64,000 bases of DNA from Octopus sinensis (Eukaryota). Shown here piece by piece: positions 51,692 through 62,914 of this stretch. The position numbers were made by a program, and so were the translations under genes. The stretch covers positions 27,156,001-27,220,000 of the forward strand of contig NC_043010.1 in NCBI RefSeq assembly GCF_006345805.1. The letters are read 5' to 3'. The number at the start of each line of letters is the position of its first letter. Within the stretch, counting starts at the first letter, position 1. Under the pieces are notes generated by a model, which ran no database searches, was not told the DNA's origin, and saw only the letters and a program-made list of their open reading frames with translations.

Positions 51692-52529
51692 TAGATGTAT
51701 GTATGTGTACAAACACACACACAGGCGCGCGCGTATATATGATGCCTGTTTATCAGCCGACTTTCTCACAACTATTTTTAACTGCTGTTCGAGTTCACTT
51801 CCGGAGTCATTAAATTCTTACAACACCACCAAGTATGCAGACACCCATTCTAGTCACAGTTTCCATACTATCATCAATATGTGAAAAATGTCACACCAGC
51901 ACCCCCTACTGCACCCCTCCCACCCTCCACCCTTCACTCGTCCATTCACTGATTCTCGTTTTCTCACTCACTCACTCGCAATCTGTGTAACAAGCTTTCA
52001 TCAACCGCAGCCATTCACAACTCTATCCCATTTTTTGTCATTATTTACACGCTCTCCACATTCTAATGATTGAGTGAAAAACAACAGTCTTTAGTAGGGG
52101 GATATGAGTGATATGTAACCACACGGAGAGTTAGATAAGGTTATAACAAAACTATTACAGACGTATTGCATGCAAATATACCCAATTAAAAATGATTCTG
52201 TTTTGATTAGAAACCACACAGAGTAAATTTATGAATTGAAACCGGATTGCAATCTGGGTTCGCTGGGGGAGCTCACATCTTGTTTTACGATGATCTTTAT
52301 CTGTCCAACGGCGAAATCGTTGGAGCGTTAGTGAAAATACGTTGTGGTATATGGCCATGATCCCAGTTCAAATCATGCTGAAGGTAGATTTACCTTTCAG
52401 CCTTGCAGGAGCAATGAAATGAAATACCAGTCAGCTACTGAGGTCCATTTAATCAACTGTGCCCTCCTTCTCCTCCTAAAACTTGTGACCCTGTACAGAT
52501 GTTAGAATTTAATATTAGACAAGAAAGAA

Positions 52530-52760
52530 AGCGGCGAGCTGGCAGAATCATTAGCACACTGGGAAAAATGCTTAACAGTATTTCATCTGTCTTTAATTTC
52601 TGTGTTCAAATCTCGCAAAGGTGGACCGTGCCTTTGATCCCTTCAGAGTCGATAAAATAAGTACCTGTCGAGTCCTGGGCTCAATGTAATCGACTCACCC
52701 CTTCCTCCGAAATTGCTGGCCTTGTGCCAAAACTTGAAATCGATATTAGACGAGAAAGAG
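52530..52760 (+). mobile_element. SINE family B
   Basis: GCGGCGAGCTGGCAGAATCATTAGC head and core. Confidence 0.8.
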
Positions 52761-53784
52761 TGGGGTCTTCATAGAGTTAGTCCTTGGTATGTCGAAACCT
52801 TAAGTTCTGATTTCAAACCTCAATCGAAATCAATTCATTTACTTTATCAATTTCCTTGGAAACGAAACTCACGCCGCAATATCACAACTCTTTCTATCTC
52901 TAAAACATATGTCTGGTTTTGAACCATTCGAAAGGCAAGCATGTGAAGAGTTACCAAATGTAGTAAGGCAGCGGACTAAATATACGGTACTCGTTAACAA
53001 ACCATACTTGTTCGTGAGTGACGGCTAGCTCCTTTGGCTTGTTTTATTACTCAACATATGTCAACATATTCAGGTTAATATACATCATAGTAAAGGTTAA
53101 CTGATTAATAGAGGGTAGTAAAAGTTAATCGATTCTACAATATCTGTATGTTCACGTCCTCTTAACACGATTCACAGAGCGGGGTTGTAACATCATAATT
53201 TTAAAATTTTGATTGCTGTAAACAAAATTTTGATGTAGCTTATTATTTAAAGAAAGAAAAAATAAGCAAATAAATATTCTACTGAAATATTTTACATGAA
53301 TTATCTCCCTTGTGTACACCATTTTCCATTAAGCTAATGCATTTTCTCAAGAGAAGAGACGAAAACGTCGTATAATTCTATCAAATCTTCCTTTCAGTTC
53401 CTAGCGACTACGTTTTCCTGAGAGGCTATTCCACACCCTTGTCCGTGTCTATCGAGAAGAAAAAAATCCCGACTCAAGCGCAGGTTCTCAAAGAAGGAAA
53501 TCTGAATAAGAAAGACACCCTGTTTCTCTGATGAATATCTTAAAGTAGAGATGTTCAAAAAGTAAGAAATAAAAAATATTTTCAAAAATCAACCATTAAA
53601 TACAAAATAAACAGAAAATAAAATTTATTTTTATAGACGCATCGGATTAATTATTAATCGCCATTTGCTTTTATCTTCAATATACCAACAGATTATTGAT
53701 TTCTAAACAGCAATTTTAAAAATAATTTGTTGTAGATTAGGAGTTTGATATTTCAATATATAAAATGTGACTCTCAACTGCGCT

Positions 53785-54012
53785 CCTTATGGCCCTCAAG
53801 GGTCCATATAAAATTTTGTTGTTAAAAATTATGTGTAATAAATTACTTATTTACAATACACAAAATATTTTAACAATTTTTAAATATAATTCCTAATATC
53901 AAATTATAAAAATATAACAGGAATTTTAAAACATCGAATGGCTATAAGGGTTCACTCAGTTGAGATAGGAGTCAAAGGGGTCCACTGGGGTAAAATAATT
54001 GAAAACCAACAT
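53785..54012 (+). mobile_element. hAT-like MITE remnant; a diverged inverted copy lies at ~54770-55005
   Basis: GATAGGAGTCAAAGGGGT matches the reverse complement of ACCCCTTTGATTCCTATT, and GGGTCCATATAAAATTTTG matches that of CAAAATCTTATAAGGACCC; GGTTGAGAACCA-type end. Confidence 0.55.
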
Positions 54013-54291
54013 TTCAAATGTTTCAATTGTATATGAATGGTAAGGAAGATAGGAACAGTGAAGCACTGAACTAGTTTCATTTCTTGACATATTTTTTCGT
54101 AATACAGTTCTATATTTAAAAGACGAGGAATTATGTACACTATTTACATTATTTACATTGTTTACATTTGACGGATATTTGTCCTCATCTTTGTTGTTAA
54201 CACAACGTTTCAGCTGATACACTCTCCAGCCTTCTTCATGTGTCTTGGGGAAATTTCAAACCTGGGTTCTCATTCCTAAGGTATTTTTCGA

Positions 54292-54325
<34 letters not shown>

Positions 54326-54330
54326 GTTCA

Positions 54331-54402
54331 GGTCACTGCTTGGAATCAAACTCGGAATCTTGGGGTTAGTAGCCCGCGCTCTTAACCACTATGCTATATG
54401 CC
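54331..54402 (-). promoter_or_regulatory. tRNA-derived head with internal Pol III A and B boxes (pseudo-tRNA; ACT in the anticodon position)
   Basis: GGCATATAGCATAGTGGTTAAGAGCGCGGGCTACTAACCCCAAGATTCCGAGTTTGATTCCAAGCAGTGACC; A box TAGCATAGTGG, B box GAGTTTGATTCC. The acceptor stem does not pair, so it is not a functional tRNA. Confidence 0.75.
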
Positions 54403-54438
54403 AGTGAGCATGAGAACCCAGGTTCGAAATTTTTCCAA

Positions 54439-54484
54439 GACACCTGATGAAGGCTAGAGGGTAATACAGCCGAAACGTTGTGTT
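54439..54484 (+). ncRNA. Minimal type I hammerhead with canonical core
   Basis: GACAC CTGATGA A GGCT...AGCC GAAAC GTT GTGTT. The minus-strand twin at 54199-54244 has ATGAAGA. Confidence 0.8.
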
Positions 54485-55139
54485 AACAACAAACAAGATG
54501 AGAACAAATATCCGTCGAATGTAAATAATGTAAATAAAGTATTTTTTGAGTTCCAGATTAAGAACCTTCGTTCGTCACAATAAATGGTTGCATTTGTTTG
54601 CATTTCTTTTTCAGATGAAAGGAATGACAGTGCCCTTGATCCTTGTTGATCACGTTGTTAGATGAAAGAATGACAGCACCTGTGCTCCTCTTCAAGATCA
54701 CCAAAGCTGTGGGCGTAATTAAAGAAATTGCTTTTAGATCCTTAATCTCAACCATTTCTTTTTTTTTTTTTTATCTAAGAAACCCCTTTGATTCCTATTT
54801 TACTCAGGTGGGCCCTCATAACCGTTTGATACTCAAGTGTAATCCTATTATAGTTTTATAATTAAGTATTATTAGGAACTGTATCAAGAAATTTTTTTAG
54901 ATACTTTATGTACAGTAGAAGTATAACCGATTTATTGCAGATAAATTTTAACGACAAAATCTTATAAGGACCCCCACCAAGGGTCATATGGTTGAGAACC
55001 ATTATTTTAGACAGTAGACCGAGCTCGAAAAGTTGCGACAGGATATAATCCCTAAAAATGTACCCAAGGATTGGTTGACATTAAATCTAGTAACAAAAAC
55101 AGGGGGAAGTCTTTTCACGTGGGCTTCCAAGCGATTTCT

Positions 55140-55365
55140 TATTACTTTATTGCCCACAAGGGACTAAACATAGAGGGGACAAACAAGAACAGACAAAGGG
55201 ATTAAGTCGATTACATCGACCCCAGTGCGTAACTGGTACTTAATTTATCAACCCCGAAAGGATGAAAGGCAAAGTCGACCTCGGCGGAATTTGAACTCAG
55301 AACGTAACAGCAGACGAAATGCGGCTAAGCATTTCGTCCGGCGTGCTAACGATTCTGCCAGCTTC
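55140..55365 (-). mobile_element. SINE family B
   Basis: Near-complete copy. Confidence 0.85.
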
Positions 55366-56094
55366 CACGCGATTTCTACCAACCCAATGTTACACCTAAG
55401 TTTTGATCAAACCCAGACAATGATAGAATTACACTTGTCTAAAGCGTTAAGCAGCGAAATCGAACGTGGAAATGACGCTGTTGCAAAGCGAATTACATAA
55501 CCAGACAACCACACCCGTGCCCACCTTGGATCAATGCAATTGACCGTACCACCTACCTTGATGATAAAGTTTATAATTAGCAGGCTCGTCTATATTCGGA
55601 ATCTTTTCACCAAATCCATAGTAATTAGACAAGTAAGATATCTTATTGCCTAATTAAGAAATCAACGTTTGTGCTGAGTCTAATTGACGGTCGATAATAG
55701 GTACCAGATTATCTGGGAAACTTACCAAACACAGACTGGCGTATATTTACAATGAGATTCCAACCTCTATCTTTACCAAACCACGACACACTGTCATGTC
55801 TGAGACATTAAGAACACCTCTCTAATTAATTAATCGATTTGCTAGAAATAGCAGGTAAATATCTCAAATAACACTCCCGAAGGAAATAGTGATTAATGTA
55901 GCTTGAAATAATCTGAAAAGACCTAGTGACCACTCTTACAAAGCCTTTGACTAAAGATTGGTTTGCTAGATTGGGACAGATCTAGAGCTACACAACACCA
56001 ATAAGGAAGCACCTACGAACTGAAATGGGCCAATGATGGAACCTCTACATGACTTATAGACCTGCTAGAAGGAGTAAGGAAATTTACCTAAGAC

Positions 56095-56920
56095 TGTAGC
56101 TTTTATCGTTTACTTGTTTAAGTCATTGGACTGCGGCCATGCTGGGGCATCGCCTTGAAGAGTTTGGTTGAATAAATAACTGCCAGTACTTATTTTTTTA
56201 AAGTCTGGTACTTATTCTATCGCTCTTCAAAGTCAGAAGTCAAGGATTGGAGATGGGAACAAACGCTCATACGCGTGCGCCTCCGCACACAGGATTCTTT
56301 CAGTTCCTGTCTATTTTATCAAATCCACTCACAAGGCTTTGATAAACTCAGGGCTATAGTAGATGAGCCTTGCGAAAGGTTTCACGCCAGTGGGATCGAA
56401 CACTGAACCATGTAGTCGGAAAGCAAGCTTCTTATTTCTTTATTGCCCACAAGGCGGAATTTTAACTCAGAACGTAAAGACAGACGAAATACCGCTAAGC
56501 ATTTCGCCTGGCGTGCTAACGGTTCTTATTTCTTTATTGCCCACAGGGGGCAACAAACAAAGACAGACAAAAGGATTAAGTCGAATTACATCGACCCCAT
56601 GCATAACTGGTACTTAATTTATCGACCCCAAAAGGATGAAAGGCAAAGTCGACCCCGGCGGAATCTGAACTCAGAACGTAACGGCAGACGAAATACCTAT
56701 TTCTTTACTACCCACAAGGGGCTAAACACAGAAGGGACAAACAAGGACAGACAAACGGATTAAGTCGATTATATCGACCCCAGTGAGTAACTGGTACTTA
56801 TTTAATCGACCCCGAAAGAATGAAAGACAAAGTCGACCTCGGCGGAATTTGAACTCAGAACGTAACAGCAGACGAAATGCGGCTACGCATTTCACCCGAC
56901 GTGCTAACGTTTCTGCCAGC
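56095..56920 (-). mobile_element. SINE family B multimer fused directly to a family A copy
   Basis: Three B units (56430-56920) abut a 5'-clipped family A head at AAGCAAGCTTC|TTATTTC. Confidence 0.8.
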
Positions 56921-57462
56921 TCTTCTTACCACACAACAGCGCCTGCGCCTAAAGTAATCGAAAATTACTCATTATGTTGCCAATTGTAATGCCTTATGCA
57001 ACACAATCTTACTAGCCATAGCAAACACTGCATTAACCCTCATATCACATATAAACAAACAAATAAATAAATTTATAAATAAATAAAATAGCGTAGCCCG
57101 CCCCCATCCCCCCCCCCCCAACAAGCAACAACAACATCTAAAAGAAAAATGATATCATTTATAAGAGATATCGTTTATAAACTCAGCACGTTGTTTATCA
57201 TCACCGAACAGAGAAATATCCTAGTTAATGATAGCGGTATGTCGCCAGATGTGATGCCTCACAGATACGGAAAGCGATCTGATGCAGGTTGCGTTTCATC
57301 GTTATTAGTTTAAATAGAATAGCTAAGCTTAAACTTCAACTGAAGACGAGTATTGTTTCATCAACAACTTACTTCAAACCAGTAACTTTCATTGATAATT
57401 GCGTTAGATCATCTCAGATAACATTCTATTTTCTGATAAGCAAATTGGAAATATACCTACGT

Positions 57463-57501
<39 letters not shown>

Positions 57502-57550
57502 ATATATATATATGAGTGTGTGTGTGTGTGTGTGTGCATGTGTATGTATA

Positions 57551-57613
<63 letters not shown>

Positions 57614-57884
57614 TGTGTGTGTGTGTGTGTTGTGTGTGTGTGTGTATACACATATATATATATATACATATGTATATATAAGTATATATATATATGTATA
57701 TTTATGTATGTATGTATAGAACAGATAAGAGAAGTGAGGTGAGAAAGTAGATGTTTATTTCATTCGTTTACAGCTGTTTCATGATCTTGTTTGTTATATA
57801 ATAGATGCTATATCACTATTAATACACATATAAAATATACATATATAGATAAATATATATGCGCACTTATACCCATATACATAT

Positions 57885-58097
57885 ATTCTTTTACTTGTTT
57901 CAGTCATTTGACTGCAGCCATGCTGGAGCACTACCTGTAGTCGAACAAATAGTCCCCAGGACTTATCCTTTGTAAGCCTAGTACTTATTCTATCGGGTTC
58001 TATTGCCAAACAACTAATTTACGGCGACGTAAACAAACCAACGTTGGTTGTCAAGCGATGGTGGGGGGACAAACACAGATACACAAATGCACACCCA

Positions 58098-58171
<74 letters not shown>

Positions 58172-58340
58172 ATATATACACACACACACGACGAGCTTCA
58201 TTCAGCTTCCGTCTACCAAATCCACTCACAAGTCTTTCGTCGGTCCGAGGCTATAGTAGAAGACACCTGCCCAAGGTGCCACGCAGTGGGACTGAACACG
58301 GACTCATGTGGTTGGGAAGCAAGCTTCTTACCATACAGGC
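57885..58340 (-). mobile_element. Near-full-length SINE family A with internal (GATA)n
   Basis: Head, central domain, microsatellite and tail are all present. Confidence 0.88.
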
Positions 58341-58466
58341 ACGAGCACGCCTATATATATACATATACATATATATATATATTATATATATATATATATA
58401 TGAATCGATCTGACGATTAGTCTATTTGGTCTCCTATCATCACTCTTCTATATATATATATATATC

Positions 58467-58658
58467 GCGGAACACCTCCGAGACATCCGCCTCGCCAATG
58501 ACATTCCAGTCTCAGGCCATTTCCGCTCCACCGGTCACTCCTTGCAACACCTGTCTGTGTTCGGATTATCCTTGCACAGCGGCCATCCGGATTCCCGCTT
58601 GCGCCGTGAACAGGGATTAATCTTCTCTCTTCGCTCTTTTACGCCCCTTTTCATCTAA
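58467..58658 (+). pseudogene. C-terminal fragment of a Penelope/Poseidon-type GIY-YIG endonuclease
   Basis: AEHLRDIRLANDIPVSGHFRSTGHSLQHLSVFGLSLHSGHPDSRLRREQGLIFSLRSFTPLFI*, matching the EHLRDI...PV..HF...GH...RE..LI..L..P pattern. Not in the ORF track because it has no start codon. Confidence 0.8.
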
Positions 58659-58659
58659 C

Positions 58660-59345
58660 CTCCCCCCGACTCCTACTTCTCTTCAGTCCTTCATCTTTTC
58701 ACCCCTACTCTCTTTCCCTCCTCTTCCCTTCTTTCCCTTCTTCCCCCTTCTTCCCTCTTCTTCTCTCTTCTTCCCTCTTCCCCTTCTCTCTTTCTCTCTG
58801 CTCCCTCCCTCCCCTTCTCTCCCCTTCTCTCCCCTATCCCTCCCGCTCCTCCTCTCCCGCCCCCTCCTCTCCCTACCACTCCCCTCCTCTCCGCCTCTCT
58901 CCTCCTCCTTCTCCTCATCTCCCTCCTTCTCCTTCATCTCCCTCCTTCTCCCTCATCTCCTCTCTCCCCCTCATTTCCTCTCTCCCCTCCTCTCCTGCCC
59001 TCCCCATCCTCTCTCTTCTCTCCCCCTCTCACTCTCCCCACAACCCCCACTCTACCCCAACCCCCAGCCGAACCCACACCCCACCTGGGCTTTCCCCACT
59101 CTCGCCCCCACCTCCCCACAACATCACATCACACTACACTACACCATACAACATTACACATCATATCACAACATACCACCCCCCCCTTCCCAACATCTTT
59201 ACACCTACACATACATACACATATCACATCACCCACACACCCATCCCCATATCTCCACACCCACACATACATACATACACACGTCCAGACCACCAGCCCT
59301 CTTTCACACGCACATACATACTCTCTTATACATACATACTCTCTT
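58660..59345 (+). repeat. About 470-bp almost pure polypyrimidine/C-rich tract followed by CA-rich low-complexity DNA
   Basis: Directly visible strand asymmetry. Confidence 0.9.
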
Positions 59346-59374
59346 ATCTCCCTGTTATCTCCCCTATTCATACG

Positions 59375-60862
59375 CCCTATTCATAAAGGAGGTAGCAGAG
59401 CGGACGCCAAGAACTACAGACCCATCTCTCTGACCTCACACATCAGCAAGGTCATGGAACGAATAGTCAGAAGGAAATTAATCGCCTTCCTTGAAGAAAA
59501 TAACTTGCTGCCTGATACCCAACATGGTTTCCGACCAGGAAGAAGCTGCCTAACTTAGCTCCTACAACACTATGACTGAGTGCTGAAACGACTGCTCAAC
59601 CACTCAAATGTGGAAGTCATATATCTCGACTTTGCAAAGGCCTTTGATAAAGTCGATCATGGAATGATACGTCACAAACTGCGTGATCTTGGCATAGTTG
59701 GAAAATTGGGAGAATGGCTTCATGACTTTCTGAAGGATAGAAGTCAGGTGGTAGTAGCCAATGGGGCCACCTCCAATAACACGCAAATAGTGAGCGTTGT
59801 TCCGCAAGGCACTGTTTTGGGACCACTACTGTTCATAATGGCCCTCTCAGACATGCCCTCAGCCACGCAGAGAGCCACGATCACAAGTTATGCAGATGAT
59901 ACAAAAGTTTCACAGGTAATACAGAACCCTGAAGACACTATGCACCTGCAATGTGAGCTGGACAAAATATACAAGTGAGCTGAAAAGAATAGCATGCAGT
60001 TCAATGCTGAAAAGTTTCAAGCTTTATGCTATCAGCATGCAAAACTAAATGCAATACCCAATAAATACACTGGACCTGGAGGAATTGCAATCCCAGAGCA
60101 CAATCAGTGCGAGACCTGGGTATTTACATGAATAATGATGCAACCTTTCATGTGCATGTTGCTAAATTGGCAATGAAATGTAGGCGGATGGATTCTTAGA
60201 GCCTTTAGAACAAGAGACCAGGAAACTATGATGGTCCTCTGGAGGACACTTGTGCTAGCCACTTTGACTATTGCTCTCAGCTATGGTCACCATCCAGTGT
60301 CAAATTAATCACAGAACTTGAGGCGATCCAACGAAGCTACACGAAGAAGATAGCCTCTGTGCAGCATATAAGCTATTGGGAAAGACTCAAGAGATTAAGA
60401 CTCTATTCCTTAGAGTGTAGGCGAGAAAGATATGCCATAATATACATCTGGAAGATCCTGGAAGGACTTGTCCCAAACTTTGGCATCGAGAGTTACACAA
60501 ATACTAGAACTGGGCGCCACTGCATAGTGCCAAGGACTCCAAATTTGCCATCAAGATGTAGGACAAGATACTGTGATAGTCTGGGCTTCAGAGGTCCACA
60601 GCTCTTCAATATCCTCCCGAAGGACCTGAGAGACCTGCATGGGGTGGATGCAAATGTCTTTAAAATAAAACTGGATCTTCCTGTCAGGTGTCCCAGATGA
60701 ACCAACTTCACTGCAGGAGGTGCAGATAAGGGCAGCTGCATCAAACTCTCTCATGCACCAAATGTGAATTGCCAAAAAGCATTCGTGAGGTAAAATCATG
60801 TAGCAACACCGAATGGCGGTGCTCCAGCATGGCCACAGCTCGTGAGCTGAAACTACATAAAA
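59375..60862 (+). mobile_element. 5'-truncated CR1-group LINE, copy 2, decayed
   Basis: PIHKGGSRADAKNYRPISLTSHISKVMERI...YLDFAKAFDKVDH...VPQGTVLGPLLF...YADDTK with several stops and frameshifts; tail GGCGGTGCTCCAGCATGGCCACAGCTCGTGAGCTGAAAC (60815-53). Confidence 0.92.
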
Positions 60863-60866
60863 TATT

Positions 60867-60947
<81 letters not shown>

Positions 60948-61279
60948 CGAATATACGCACGCATAAATCTTTATTGATAAATGTATATTTTCTATGTGTG
61001 TTGATATTGATGTACATCTATTATATAACTAATAAGATCATGAAACTGCAGTAAACGAATGGAAGAAACACCGACCCTCTCATCTCACCTCACTTATCTA
61101 TTTTATTTATTTGTATTCTCCCCACCATTATACCTCCTGGATTTTCAGAACGACTCTCAAGTTTACTTTAACCTCTTTCATGGTCTTTCTTGCTAACCGT
61201 AAATTTGGCAGACAGCTTGATGGGAGATTTGTTCGATTCTTCAAATCATTACTACACGCACACATACACACACGCACAC

Positions 61280-61334
<55 letters not shown>

Positions 61335-61456
61335 ACACACACACATACACACACACACACACACACACATACTTGGTATGTATTTCTATATGCGTGTGTT
61401 TATAAAACTATATATATGAAGGATCACGGAATAATTTTCAGCAGAGTTCCATATTT

Positions 61457-61489
61457 ACTTCGACGTTTCGGCTTAATTGCCTTCATCAC
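61457..61489 (-). ncRNA. Truncated minimal hammerhead motif
   Basis: Minus strand (G)TGATGA A GGC AATTAA GCC GAAAC GTC GAAG; C3 and the 5' strand of stem I are missing. Confidence 0.5.
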
Positions 61490-62124
61490 ACTGTGACATA
61501 TTTGTATTATAGTTTGTTTTGGGGGTGCGGATGGGGGCACTATTCACCTGGAAGGTGAAGAAATAGATAACAAAAATTGATGTTGTGTAAAATAGCTTGT
61601 AGAGAGAAAGGAGAGGTAGTTGCATAAAATATTGGATTGAGTTGTAGAGGAAGAAACCCTATGTGCACGTATGAGATAAGAAAGAACGGTCGAGACATCT
61701 TCACTGGTTCAACAAAAATATTTGGGGTTGGGTTGGCTTGGTAACAACTACTTAATCGGTTATATTTATTATGAAGAATTGTTAGCTTGTATGTTATCGT
61801 TTTGTTCATCGGATCACGTATGCAAAACCATGAGCTTATGGTTAAATTTGCAAAGGAATTCATGTGGTAGATAGAAGAGATTCATATCACAATTTTGTGG
61901 TTACTTGAAGGCATAAAAGAAAGAGAGAGAGAGAGGGAGAGAGAGAAGGAGAGTGAGAGATTCATATATTACATGCATCTTTATAAAAACATACACACAC
62001 ATAAATATAAAAGTACATACGCACACATATATGTACACACACATCCACATATAAATGCACACACACACATATATGTACACACACATAAATGTATACACAC
62101 ACCCACATATATATGTACACACAC

Positions 62125-62162
<38 letters not shown>

Positions 62163-62914
62163 AGACAGAGGTAGAAAGGTAGAGGCGGTAGAGTGAAAAA
62201 ATATATAGATGCAATACAATACACAGTGCGGACATTGAGTATTTTAATCTTTTCAAACATAAAACATTGAGTGCGCGCGGGCGGTTAGGCTAACACAATC
62301 GAAGCCTGAACAGTTTTATGTATTTCAATGAACGCTGGCGATTCTGTATTTACTTTAATTAACACTGTCACCGTGTCAACAAACACTGTCGCCGTGTCAA
62401 CAAACACGTCTTCGACAGACTGATGGCCGTTGGTGTGAAGAGATATAGCTTTGTGAAAGATCCTTCGCTTCTTTTGGAGAAATATTGCTTTTTTTCTTCA
62501 TATATTTTAATTTATTTTCGAAAATACCGTTTTCTAGTCAAAAACTGGTAAAACCAGTCGATCTGTAACTGACCACCACGCCTCTGGATTTTTTTATTTC
62601 CATTCCTCCAACCATTGTACCCATCTCGTTGTTGTCCTCTGCTACATTTCCAAGGGACCAGAGTGCACCGTCTGTATTTCACATCCTGAGATATTTCGTG
62701 ACTAATGTATACAAGTTATTGCCTGTAGTTATGAAATACTGTATGTAGTGTGAAGACATTCAATGGCAATTTTTGATTCTGTTAGTATGGTGGTTGTGTT
62801 CGGTTGTACTGGCTATTATTTGAAGGTGATTTATCTAATGTATGAGATTTTAGTTTAAAACGCGGAAGACTGACATATGATAGCTATGAGAAAAATCTTA
62901 TAATGAAAGAATGG

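Larger units (their letters stand above)
54105..54536 (-). mobile_element. tRNA-headed, hammerhead-tailed SINE-like element with an inverted partial copy of its tail at the 5' side
   Basis: Minus strand: 72-nt tRNA-like head (54402-54331), (TAA)n linker, HHR-bearing body (54290-54105). Plus-strand 54410-54536 is an inverted copy of 54141-54273. Confidence 0.85.

Noticed and set aside
54331-54402. Functional tRNA-Ser(ACT) gene
   Set aside because: The acceptor and anticodon stems pair poorly, there is no oligo-T terminator, and the sequence continues into a repeat body. Treated as a SINE head.
61500-61870. 107-aa minus-strand ORF as a PLE endonuclease next to the 61457 HHR remnant
   Set aside because: Resemblance is too weak to call by eye; an HMM search is needed.
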